Assembly: GCA_963787445.1 (NCBI GenBank)
Contig: CAWBCT010000005.1
Coordinates: 352,001-416,000 of the forward strand
Source of the DNA: an uncultured archaeon
GTDB lineage: Archaea > Micrarchaeota > Micrarchaeia > Micrarchaeales > CABMGC01
Length of the DNA: 64,000 bases
Direction of reading: 5' to 3'
Shown here: positions 27,843 to 37,078 of the stretch, piece by piece
How positions within the stretch are numbered: position 1 is the first letter of the stretch
Layout: each line of letters starts with the position of its first letter
The notes under the pieces: generated by a model
What the model saw: only the letters and a program-made list of their open reading frames with translations
The model's database searches: none
What the model was told of the DNA's origin: nothing
Position numbers and translations under genes: made by a program

Positions 27843-30800
27843 TCAACAAGTGTTTGGCGTGTAGTATATAATGGCGTAGTAGGTGCCTCCGACCGAGTTC
27901 TCTCCTCCGCCTCCGGCTTGCACCTGTGGTGAGCCGCTGCTGCCTGGATAATAAGTACTGCCCGCGTTTGCCGTGCAGGATGCGGACGAGGTGTGCACGT
28001 TTGTGCAGGTTGGCGTGGCCAGGGTGGAGGTGCAGGTCTGGGTGCCTGAGGTGAAGGCGCACTCGGAGTCGGACACAGAGCTTCCTCCCACTCCGGAATA
28101 GGCTGTGGCGTAGACCACAGAGCCGGAGTAGGTATTGTCATTGCCATAGGCAGTTGAGGTGATGGCTATGCTCGAGACGGTTCCGTAGCTGGCCAGGTTC
28201 GGGCTGACCGAGCTCCCCTGGTTGTTGCCGGTGCTGCCGGAGCCGTAGATGTTTCCAGACCAGGAGGGCACGTCAAACAGGAATGCAGAGGTGGCCTTGC
28301 AGGCGTAGTTTGCCTGTAGGGTTAGGGGGCCGTTTACGGTTGTTCCAGGATTGAGGCAGGCGGTGCCGCTTGAAAACGCTCCAGTCCATCCTGTGAATTG
28401 ATAGTTGCCACCAGGCCCGGAGTAGCAGGCAGAGGTTATGGTTGAGCCAGCGGCCACGGAGGCAGAGACCGAAGAGGTGCTGCCCGTGCTGGTGCAGACC
28501 TGGGAGGTGGAAGAGGTCGTGAAGCATGCGAAGTAATCGGCATCTGCGGCGCTTGGGCTAATCTGGAGCGTTACGGTGTAGTACTGTATGGTCGTGGTGG
28601 TGGAGGAGAAGGTGGATGAGGAGAGGGTGGATGAGGATGAGGAGAGGGTGGATGAGGAGAGGGTGGATGAGGAGAGGGTGGATGAGGAGAGGGTGGATGA
28701 GGATGAGGAGAGGGTTGAGGATGAGAGGGTGGATGAGCTGGACGAGCTGACTGTGGTGGATGAGACTGCGATCGTGGTGGTGGAGAAGAGGGTTGTGGAA
28801 ATTAGCGTGGTTGATGATGCGGGTGGAGAGCCCATCACAGTGACTACAGAGGATGCTGAGGCGGTTCCGGAAATGCTATCGGTCACAACCACACAATAAT
28901 CTGTGGTTACAGATAGCGGGCCTGGGGCATAGGTTTGTGATGTTGAGACTACCCCACCTCCACAGGAGTTTTTGTACCACTTGTAGGAGAAGGGGGGTGA
29001 TCCTCCCTGTGGATTTGAAGAGATCGGTGACGGTGTGTTACCATTTGGTATCGCCTGCATAGGCGGATTGACCATTACAGTCAGTGCAGGGAATACCATT
29101 AGCATGGCGGTAGCGGAGGCGGTTGCACCGGCCGCATCAGTCAGCAATAAACAGTATGATCCTTGTGCGGAGGCGGCGTAGGACTGGGAGGTTGCGAGTA
29201 CGGAGCCTGTGCAGCTGGGGCCATAATACCACAGGTAGCTATAGGGTGTTGTGCCTTGGGACGGGTTTGCTGTAAAGGTCTTGGTCTGGCCACCTTCTAT
29301 TGTGCCGGAGGTCGGCGAGACGCTGACCGATGGCGGGTTGTTTACAGAGAGAGTTGCGGAAGCGGTTGCGGTGGATGAAGTGGTATCTGTGACTGTTACG
29401 CAGTAGGAACCTGGTTGGGAGGCGGCGTAGGACTGGGAGGTTGCGAGCGGCGCGCCACCGCATCCACCCTGATACCATTGGTATGTGTAGGAGTTTGACC
29501 CTCCTGAAGGCACGGCCGTGAATTGATAGCTGTGCCCTATGTCTGTGGTCCCGGAAGAAGAAGGCGAGATGGATACCGACAAGGTGGGATATACGGTTAA
29601 GGTGGCGGTTGAAGATGCTGAGGAGCCAAGGTTATCGGTCGCTATTAAGCAGTAGGTTCCGGCTGAAGAGGTCATGTACATCGGCCCGCCGCCTACCTGA
29701 GACAGGCAGCCGGAGTTGCTATACCAGTTGAAGATGTAGAATCCGGAGCCGCCGGAGGCGGAGGCGGTGAAGGTCAGGGATTGCTGGCCCGTATCTATCG
29801 CTCCCGAAGATGGTGAGATGGATGCGGTTAACACAGGGTTTACGTTTACTACTGCAGTGCCTGTCGCGGTCGAAGAGAGGCTATCGGTCACCTTGACGCA
29901 GTAGGTTCCGGCTGAAGAGGCAACATACGGGGGTGAGGTTGCACCGCTTATGGGGGTTGTGCAGCCTGCGTTGCTGTACCACTGGAAAGTGTATCCCGGA
30001 GCCCCGCCGGATTGACTTGCATATAGAGGTTGGTTCTGGCCGCTGTCTATGTTTGATGAGGATGGTGAGACCAATACGGAGAGCGGGCTGTTTACCGTGA
30101 CAACAGAGGTTGCGGTCAGGCTTGATGAAAGGCTATCAGTCACCCTGACGCAGTAGGTTGCAGATGAAGAGGCGACGTAGGTGGAGGATGTTGCGCCGGA
30201 GATGGAGGTTGTGCAGCCGGAGTTGCTGTACCACTGGTAGGTGTAGCCTCCTGATCCGCCGGAAACAGAGGCGGTGAGGGTCTGGGTCTGGCCGCTGTCT
30301 ATGTTTGATGAGGATGGTGAGACCGACGCGGAGAACGCGCCGTTTACCGTGAGTGTAGCAGTTGCGGAGGCGGTTGAGGAGAGGCTGTCGGTCACCTTGA
30401 CGCAGTAGGTCCCGGAGACGGAAGCACCGTAGGTAGAAGAGGTTGCGCCTCCGATGGAGGTTGTGCAGGAGGGGTTGCTGTACCACTGGTATGAGTAGGA
30501 GCCGGAGCCGCCGGAGGGGGTTGCGGTGAGGGTCTTAGTCTGGCCGCTGTCTATGTTTGATGAGGATGGTGAGACCGATGCGGAAAGTGCGCCGTTTACC
30601 GTGAGTGTAGCAGTTGCGGAGGCGGTTGAGGAGAGGCTGTCGGTCACCTTGACGCAGTAGGTTGTGGAGGCAGAAGCACCGTAGGTAGAAGAGGTTGCGC
30701 CTCCGATGGAGGTTGTGCAGCCTGCGTTGCTGTACCACTGGTATGAGTAGGAGCCGGAGCCGCCGGAGGGGGTTGCGGTGAGGGTCTGGGACTGGCCGCT

Positions 30801-31742
30801 GTCTATGTTTGATGAGGATGGTGAGACCGATGCGGAAAGTGCGCCGTTTACCGTGAGTGTAGCAGTTGCGGAGGCGGTTGAGGAGAGGCTGTCGGTCACC
30901 TTGACGCAGTAGGTTGTGGAGGCAGAAGCACCGTAGGTAGAAGAGGTTGCGCCTCCGATGGAGGTTGTGCAGCCTGCGTTGCTGTACCACTGGTATGAGT
31001 AGGAGCCGGAGCCGCCGGAGGGGGTTGCGGTGAGGGTCTGGGACTGGCCGCTGTCTACGCTTGCAGAGGTCGGTGAAACTACGACCGTGAGTGGAATAAC
31101 AGTTGTGGTTGATGAGAGGGTTGAGGAGGAGAGGGTGGATGAGGAGAGGGTGGATGAGGAGAGGGTGGATGAGGAGGAGGTTGAAGAGGAAACTATGGAC
31201 GAAACCAGGGTTGTTGAACTGCTACCCAGGGTTGTGGATGCGGTAAATGGATGGATTGAAGGCGTGGAGACCACTGCCGTGCCTGCCGTGTTTACTGCGG
31301 GACCCGCTGCGCAGGAAGTGCTACATAGTTGGTATTGTATATAGAAAACGGGATTGAGCTGGGAGCCGGCCGGGGGCGTGAATCCCTGTATGTTTGAGGT
31401 GCATTGTGCGCTCTGTCCAGGAGCAAGTGTCGTTACGTTGCAGATTCCCTGATAATAACTGCTTGTTGAAGTCGGTGCAATGGTGTATCCGGTGAGCACT
31501 ATCGACTTTGTCTGGGTGTTGGTGAAGTAGGTTGTTATGGTTGAGCCTATTGAGTTGACTCCCACTATGGTTTGGTAGCAGTTAAGCTCCGGTGAGATGT
31601 AACAGTAGGAGGGGGTTACGGTGACCTGGTGCTGGGCCGTTGCGATCAGGACGACAGCAGAGAGGGCGACTATCATTATTATGACTGCCCAAGAGTATTG
31701 GATGAGGAACTCTGTTGCGGACTGCGCCCTTGGATTACGCAT
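27843..31742 (-). CDS. Giant surface protein with class III (pilin-type) signal peptide and 9 Ig/PKD-like repeats
   Basis: MRNPRA|QSATEFLIQYSWAVIIMIV; nine roughly 84-aa repeats with YQWY...C...YCV.VTD; SSSTL linkers. Confidence 0.88.
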   Translation of the reverse strand: MRNPRAQSATEFLIQYSWAVIIMIVALSAVVLIATAQHQVTVTPSYCYISPELNCYQTIVGVNSIGSTITTYFTNTQTKSIVLTGYTIAPTSTSSYYQGICNVTTLAPGQSAQCTSNIQGFTPPAGSQLNPVFYIQYQLCSTSCAAGPAVNTAGTAVVSTPSIHPFTASTTLGSSSTTLVSSIVSSSTSSSSTLSSSTLSSSTLSSSTLSSTTTVIPLTVVVSPTSASVDSGQSQTLTATPSGGSGSYSYQWYSNAGCTTSIGGATSSTYGASASTTYCVKVTDSLSSTASATATLTVNGALSASVSPSSSNIDSGQSQTLTATPSGGSGSYSYQWYSNAGCTTSIGGATSSTYGASASTTYCVKVTDSLSSTASATATLTVNGALSASVSPSSSNIDSGQTKTLTATPSGGSGSYSYQWYSNPSCTTSIGGATSSTYGASVSGTYCVKVTDSLSSTASATATLTVNGAFSASVSPSSSNIDSGQTQTLTASVSGGSGGYTYQWYSNSGCTTSISGATSSTYVASSSATYCVRVTDSLSSSLTATSVVTVNSPLSVLVSPSSSNIDSGQNQPLYASQSGGAPGYTFQWYSNAGCTTPISGATSPPYVASSAGTYCVKVTDSLSSTATGTAVVNVNPVLTASISPSSGAIDTGQQSLTFTASASGGSGFYIFNWYSNSGCLSQVGGGPMYMTSSAGTYCLIATDNLGSSASSTATLTVYPTLSVSISPSSSGTTDIGHSYQFTAVPSGGSNSYTYQWYQGGCGGAPLATSQSYAASQPGSYCVTVTDTTSSTATASATLSVNNPPSVSVSPTSGTIEGGQTKTFTANPSQGTTPYSYLWYYGPSCTGSVLATSQSYAASAQGSYCLLLTDAAGATASATAMLMVFPALTVMVNPPMQAIPNGNTPSPISSNPQGGSPPFSYKWYKNSCGGGVVSTSQTYAPGPLSVTTDYCVVVTDSISGTASASSVVTVMGSPPASSTTLISTTLFSTTTIAVSSTTVSSSSSSTLSSSTLSSSSSTLSSSTLSSSTLSSSTLSSSSSTLSSSTFSSTTTTIQYYTVTLQISPSAADADYFACFTTSSTSQVCTSTGSTSSVSASVAAGSTITSACYSGPGGNYQFTGWTGAFSSGTACLNPGTTVNGPLTLQANYACKATSAFLFDVPSWSGNIYGSGSTGNNQGSSVSPNLASYGTVSSIAITSTAYGNDNTYSGSVVYATAYSGVGGSSVSDSECAFTSGTQTCTSTLATPTCTNVHTSSASCTANAGSTYYPGSSGSPQVQAGGGGENSVGGTYYAIIYYTPNTC
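28603..28735. repeat. 15-bp tandem repeat (gaggagagggtggat) encoding a SSSTL linker
   Basis: About 8 imperfect copies visible; a second array lies at 31111-31170. Confidence 0.85.
28830..31095 (-). repeat. Intragenic tandem repeat, 252-bp unit (9 copies, first three nearly identical)
   Basis: taccactggtatgagtaggagccgg recurs at 30481, 30733 and 30985 (period 252). Confidence 0.92.
31111..31170. repeat. 15-bp tandem repeat encoding a SSSTL linker (second array)
   Basis: About 4 copies of gaggagagggtggat. Confidence 0.8.
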
Positions 31743-31802
31743 GTGTATCTATTTATTCTATTTATTACTAATATTTATAAACATAGTGGAAGATTGGGAT
31801 TT

Positions 31803-32375
31803 ATGGTTCGCGTGTTTTTGGTGCATAAATGGGAGGGGAAGCCAGCAGATGACTGGTATCCATGGTTAAAAAAGATGTTGGAGGCAACTGGTTTCGAGGT
31901 GCATGTTCCTGAAATGCCCGACACAACTGCTCCGAAGATTGAGGAATGGATTAGTTTCCTTAATAATATCATAGCCAAGCCAGATGTTGACACGTATCTG
32001 GTGGGGCACAGCATAGGCTGCCAGGCCATAATGCGTTACCTGGCCGGTATAAATGAAACAGTGGGTGGAATCGTTCTTGTGGCGGGTTGGATAACCCTGA
32101 AGGATGAAGCGCTCAGCGAGGAGGAGTGGCTGGTTGCACAGCCCTGGTGCAGAACACCGATAGACTGGAAAAGAGTAAAGGGGAACAGCAAGCACATCAC
32201 AGTAATACTGTCCAAGGATGACCCCTATGTCTCTCTGGACAATGCGAAGCTGTTTGAGGAACGCCTCGGGGCCAGGGTTCTGGTGCAGCCTGGCGCAGGG
32301 CACTTCGAAAAAGTGGATGGTTTCTCAGAACTGCACGTGGCCCTCAACGAACTCATGAAGATGATTGAGAGATAG
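31803..32375 (+). CDS. Alpha/beta hydrolase, RBBP9/YdeN family
   Basis: VFLVH.W.G...DWYPWL, LVGHSIG nucleophile elbow, SKDDPYV and AGHF. Confidence 0.9.
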   Translation: MVRVFLVHKWEGKPADDWYPWLKKMLEATGFEVHVPEMPDTTAPKIEEWISFLNNIIAKPDVDTYLVGHSIGCQAIMRYLAGINETVGGIVLVAGWITLKDEALSEEEWLVAQPWCRTPIDWKRVKGNSKHITVILSKDDPYVSLDNAKLFEERLGARVLVQPGAGHFEKVDGFSELHVALNELMKMIER

Positions 32376-33842
32376 CTATTTTACGTCTATTTTCTGGAAA
32401 AGGAAGCCCTGCTTGTTTACCTTCCCTTTGAACTCGGAGAATACGCAATCCCTGAGGTTTTGTGCGCCGGGCTCCAGGCCCAGCTGCACCGCGATCTTCT
32501 CCGAAGTCTCCGGCATGAAGGGGCCGATCAGTATGCCGATTATCCTTATCGATTCAAGCAAATTGTAAAGTGCGTTTGAGAGTTCCTTGCCCTTCAGCGC
32601 CCAGACCTTATTGTCGTTTATGTACTTGTTTGAGGCGCGGACCAGGTCCCAGATCTCACTCAGGGCATTGAATGTGTCAAGCGCCTCCATGTGGGCCCTG
32701 ATGCTGCCCAACTTCAGACTCTTGTCGAGCTCCGGCTCTCCTTTTATCTGGCCGTCAAAACGCTCGGCCAGGGTAAGCACTCGGTAAACCAGGTTGCCCA
32801 GATCGGCAACCAGCTCTCCATTTAATCTCGATATTAACGCTTTCTCGGAAAAGTCGCCATCCTCCCCGAAGGGCATCTCGCGCACCATGAAGTAGCGCAG
32901 CGCGTCCGCGCCGTATTTTTTAGTTAGAACAGAGGGGTCTATCCCGTTGCCCAGAGACTTGCTCATCTTCTTGCCCTCGACTGTCCACCAGCCATGTGCA
33001 AACACGGTTTTGGGTACCTCTATGCCAGCAGACATGAGCATCGCGGGCCAGATCACAGTGTGAAACCAGTTTATCTCCTTGCCAACCACATGGACGTTTG
33101 CAGGCCAGAACTCTTTTGAGTTGCCTGCTGGCCAGCCAACCGCGGTCAGGTAGCCTATGAGCGCTTCTACCCAGACATAGATCGTATGTTTTGTATCGAT
33201 TGGGAACGGGATGCCCCACTTTATCGAGGTTCTGGTGATGCTGAGATCGTTGAGCCCCTCCTTCACCCGGTTCATCACCTCTTTTGAGCGCAGCTGCGGC
33301 GAGAGGAACGCGGGGTGTTTCTCGTAGTGCTCAAGGAGCCTGCCCTGGTACTTGCTTAGCCTGAAGAAGTAGGTCTCCTCCTTTATCTTCTTGACCGGCC
33401 TGCCGCAGATCGGGCACTTGCCGTCCGCGAGCTGGAGCTCGGTGATGAAGGTCTCGTCCGGCGTGCAGTACCATCCCTCGTACTCGCCCTTGTAGATGTC
33501 GCCGGCGTCGTAGATCTTCTTGATTACCTTTTTAACCACCTCCTCATGCAGCCCGTCGGTCGTCCTGATAAATTTGTCATCTGAAACCCCCAGAGCCTTC
33601 CACCGCTCCGTGAACTGGGCCACTATGCTGTCAGCGAACTGCTTTGGCGATAGATTTGCCTGCGCAGCCGCCTTCTCTATCTTCTCGCCGTGCTCATCGG
33701 TGCCGGTGACGAAAAAGACGTTGTCTCCGGAAAGGCGGTGCCACCTTGCCAGCACGTCGGACAGTATGATGGGATAGGCGCTGCCTATGTGCGGCCTGTC
33801 GTTTACGTAGAAAAGGGGGGTAGTAATATAGTAATTAGACAT
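32376..33842 (-). CDS. metG: Methionine--tRNA ligase (short, bacterial-like form)
   Basis: YITTPLFYVN..PHIG, GTDEHG, YVWVEAL and KMSKSLGN. Confidence 0.96.
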   Translation of the reverse strand: MSNYYITTPLFYVNDRPHIGSAYPIILSDVLARWHRLSGDNVFFVTGTDEHGEKIEKAAAQANLSPKQFADSIVAQFTERWKALGVSDDKFIRTTDGLHEEVVKKVIKKIYDAGDIYKGEYEGWYCTPDETFITELQLADGKCPICGRPVKKIKEETYFFRLSKYQGRLLEHYEKHPAFLSPQLRSKEVMNRVKEGLNDLSITRTSIKWGIPFPIDTKHTIYVWVEALIGYLTAVGWPAGNSKEFWPANVHVVGKEINWFHTVIWPAMLMSAGIEVPKTVFAHGWWTVEGKKMSKSLGNGIDPSVLTKKYGADALRYFMVREMPFGEDGDFSEKALISRLNGELVADLGNLVYRVLTLAERFDGQIKGEPELDKSLKLGSIRAHMEALDTFNALSEIWDLVRASNKYINDNKVWALKGKELSNALYNLLESIRIIGILIGPFMPETSEKIAVQLGLEPGAQNLRDCVFSEFKGKVNKQGFLFQKIDVK

Positions 33843-33927
33843 TGGCTCACCGGTACTTCCACTAAACTGTTTTCCTATAGATACTTTTTATGCGTTTGCA
33901 ACTATAATACTTGCGGAGGTGCTATTT

Positions 33928-35991
33928 GTGGACGAGATAGCTCAGAATGAGCTAAGCGACAGATTCAGGGAGTTCTTCAGCACCTACTGCGAAGAGCAGC
34001 TCAAGGACCTGTTCATAAAATATCCCAAGGAGCGCAGCCTGAACGTTGAGATAAAGCTTCTTCACAAGTTCGACACCGAGATGGCCGAACAGCTGCTCAA
34101 GAACCCGGACACGATGCTTCCCGCGGCAAACCTGGCGCTGACGAAGATGAATCCCAATCCAAATGCGGTAGAGCCGGTGTACGCGCGCTTCGGGGGCGTG
34201 GACATCGCCATGCCGCTCATCCAGGACGTCGGCTCCGAGTACATAGGCAAGCTTCTTACGCTTGATTCTTTAGTAGTAAAAAGGTCGGAGATCACTCCGC
34301 GCGTCAACATCGGCGTTTTCAAGTGCCTTTTCTGCGGCACGGTGCTAAAGCTCAAGATAGACCGCGAGAGCGTCATAGACGTCTGCCCGCAGTGCAAGAG
34401 GAGGGCGCTCAAGCAGGACAACGCCGAGTCGAAGTTCACGAACCTGCAGCGCATAGCCGTGCAAGACCCGCTTGAGAGATTGCGCGGAAACACACCGACT
34501 TGGCACCTGGAAGTATGGATGGAGGACGACCTGGTCAACACGGTCATACCCGGCGATCGCGTCGAGATAACAGGCGTACTGCGCATCAAGCCTAGGCGGA
34601 CTAACAAGGGAAAGGAGGACAAGCTGCTCTTCACCATGTTCTTCGATGCGATAGCGATAAAGGCGAAGCAGAAGGAGTTCGCGGAGATTGACATAAGCCA
34701 AGAGGAGGAGCAGGAGATAAGGAGGATTGCTTCGGACCCGGAGATATTCAACAATATCGCGAAGAGCATCGCCCCAAGCATCTGGGGGCACGATGAGATA
34801 AAGAGGGCTCTGGCGATGCAGCTGTTCGGCGGCACCGCCGAGAAGAGGCTTATTGACGGGGGAAGAATAAGGAGCGACATCCACATACTGCTCATTGGGG
34901 ACCCGGGCAGCGCGAAGACGAGATTGCTGCAGGCGGTCACGGAGATAGTTCCGAAGGGAATATACGTAAGCGGAAAGTCAACGAGCTCCGCAGGCCTCAC
35001 CGCTTCAGCAGAGAGGGATGAGTTTTCAGAGGGGGGTTGGACGCTTAAGGCCGGCGCCCTGGTTCTTGGTTCCGGCGGAGAAGTTTCGATTGATGAGTTC
35101 GATAAGATAAGCGATGATGATAAATCCGGACTGCTTGAAGCGCTTGAATCGCAGACGATCAGCGTCGCAAAGGCCGGAATAGTGGCACAGTTCAGCGCGA
35201 AGACCTCGGTTCTCGCAGCTGCAAACCCCAAGTACGGCCGCTTTGACGTGAATGCTTATCCGGCAGAGCAGTTCGACATCGCTCCGGCTTTGCTCTCCCG
35301 TTTCGACCTGATCTTCCCTATAAAGGACGTGCTTGACGAAGAGCTTGACAAGCAGATTGCCAGACACATACTCACCCAGCACGAGGCTGCGGGAAGGCAG
35401 GTCTCGGACATGGTGGTGACCGAACAGGTGCAGAAGCCGCCGCTCGACGGGGAGTTCCTCAGGAAATACGTTGCCTATGCGCGCAGGCACATAAAGCCCA
35501 GGCTCAGCAACGAGGCGAGCGCGAAGCTCCAGGAGTATTATGTTGAACTGCGGAAGCTCGGGATGAAGCAGGGCGCTGTGCCGATGACCCCGAGGCAGAT
35601 CGAGGGTCTTGTGAGGCTTGCGGAGGGCAGCGCGAAGTCGCGACTCTCGGACATTGTGGAAGTTCACGATGCGGAGCTGGGCATAGCGCTGTTCGAGCAC
35701 ATGCTCAACACCCTCGCGGTCGACAGGGGCGGGCGCAGGGACATAGACGCGATCCTCACGGGCATGCCCCGCGAGAAGGTGGACAAGGTAAACACGCTGA
35801 TGAACATTATAAAGACGCTCGACAAGGAGAACGGGAACGCCCAGGTTGTCCGCATCCTCGAAGAGGCCGAGAAGCAGGGCATCGACCGGGGGACCACCAC
35901 GAAGTACATAAACGAGATGGTGAACCGTGGAGACATCTACAGCCCCAAGTCAGGAATAATAAAAATAGTTAAGCGCGATGATGAAGGTTAG
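33928..35991 (+). CDS. mcm: MCM replicative helicase
   Basis: Zn finger C..C...C..C, GDPGSAKT, IDEFDK, SRFD and TPRQIEGLVR; GGAGGTG upstream of the GTG start. Confidence 0.97.
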   Translation: MDEIAQNELSDRFREFFSTYCEEQLKDLFIKYPKERSLNVEIKLLHKFDTEMAEQLLKNPDTMLPAANLALTKMNPNPNAVEPVYARFGGVDIAMPLIQDVGSEYIGKLLTLDSLVVKRSEITPRVNIGVFKCLFCGTVLKLKIDRESVIDVCPQCKRRALKQDNAESKFTNLQRIAVQDPLERLRGNTPTWHLEVWMEDDLVNTVIPGDRVEITGVLRIKPRRTNKGKEDKLLFTMFFDAIAIKAKQKEFAEIDISQEEEQEIRRIASDPEIFNNIAKSIAPSIWGHDEIKRALAMQLFGGTAEKRLIDGGRIRSDIHILLIGDPGSAKTRLLQAVTEIVPKGIYVSGKSTSSAGLTASAERDEFSEGGWTLKAGALVLGSGGEVSIDEFDKISDDDKSGLLEALESQTISVAKAGIVAQFSAKTSVLAAANPKYGRFDVNAYPAEQFDIAPALLSRFDLIFPIKDVLDEELDKQIARHILTQHEAAGRQVSDMVVTEQVQKPPLDGEFLRKYVAYARRHIKPRLSNEASAKLQEYYVELRKLGMKQGAVPMTPRQIEGLVRLAEGSAKSRLSDIVEVHDAELGIALFEHMLNTLAVDRGGRRDIDAILTGMPREKVDKVNTLMNIIKTLDKENGNAQVVRILEEAEKQGIDRGTTTKYINEMVNRGDIYSPKSGIIKIVKRDDEG

Positions 35992-35999
35992 GTGCTGGG

Positions 36000-37073
36000 C
36001 TGGAACGCAGGATAGACAATAGGCAGTTCGTTGCGGTTCTCTCCCTATTCATGATAGCGCTCTTCGGCGGGATATTCCTTACGTACATCTCATTCCCATC
36101 GAGCACCGTCGGCCTGCTGACGCAGCAGGCGCAGCCTACGCAGAGCTCCACCTCGTTCCTACTGGTCTTCGTGGTGGAGATCGCGGTGATAGCCCTCATA
36201 CTCTTCAGTTTGAGGGGCTATTTCCACAGGGGGAAGAACGCGTTCTCGATCCTGGAGGCCTACATAATACTGTTCGGCTGCGGGTTCTTCTTTTTCTTCC
36301 TGCTCGGGAACCTGCTGACCTCCCTGAGCTTCTACGAGCTCATTGCGGTGTCGTTCGCTTGCGCGCTTGCAATACTTATCGCCAAGAGGAAGAAGGAGTG
36401 GAACACGCTTAGGTTCAGGAACCTGATAACGCTCGTGAGCAGCATCGGCGCCGGGATGTTCATCGGGATAAGCATAGGGGCAGAGTTTGGCGTGCTTGTG
36501 CTTTTTGCGATCCTCGGGCTCTTTGCGGTGTACGACTATCTTGCGGTCTTCGTGCTGAAGTTCATGATACCCCTTGCAAAGCAGGCATCGAACATGAACC
36601 TTGCCTTCATGATAGGCTCCTCGGAGATGGAGTTCAGGCCTTCCAAAGGCAAGAAGAACACGATAAAGAAGGAGGAGCTCGACCAGATAAAGTCGGGCTA
36701 TGTGAGAACCCTGATAAAGCAGGGCAACCTGCCGTCAGTTTCAAGCGTGATGCTCGGCAACGGGGACATAATGCTGCCCCTCGCGGTCGCATCCGGCGCC
36801 TACGTTTATACCGGAAACATCGGGCTTGCGATAATGATAGCGGTCGGGGCTGCCATGGGGCTCATCGCCACTTTCGGCGTGATCCGCAAGTATCTCATCG
36901 GGCTTCCCGCAATCCCTCCGCTGTTCGCGTTCGTCAGCCTGGCCCTCGCACTTTACGGCTTTGCCACGGGCTTCTTCAGCCTGCTGATGTCCGGTGCTTT
37001 TATTATCATAGGCGTATTCGCCCTAGTGGTAATGTACGTTACGATAATCAGGCAGGCTAAAAGCGCGAAGTAG
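36000..37073 (+). CDS. Presenilin/signal-peptide-peptidase-like GxGD intramembrane aspartyl protease (start CTG 36000 or ATG 36051)
   Basis: Multi-TM protein with YD, LGNGD and LPAIPP motifs. Confidence 0.88.
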   Translation: MERRIDNRQFVAVLSLFMIALFGGIFLTYISFPSSTVGLLTQQAQPTQSSTSFLLVFVVEIAVIALILFSLRGYFHRGKNAFSILEAYIILFGCGFFFFFLLGNLLTSLSFYELIAVSFACALAILIAKRKKEWNTLRFRNLITLVSSIGAGMFIGISIGAEFGVLVLFAILGLFAVYDYLAVFVLKFMIPLAKQASNMNLAFMIGSSEMEFRPSKGKKNTIKKEELDQIKSGYVRTLIKQGNLPSVSSVMLGNGDIMLPLAVASGAYVYTGNIGLAIMIAVGAAMGLIATFGVIRKYLIGLPAIPPLFAFVSLALALYGFATGFFSLLMSGAFIIIGVFALVVMYVTIIRQAKSAK

Positions 37074-37078
37074 ATTCT

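Noticed and set aside
28603..31170. Short and long repeats considered as a CRISPR array
   Set aside because: No unique spacers, unit lengths are multiples of 3 within a coding frame, and no cas genes are present
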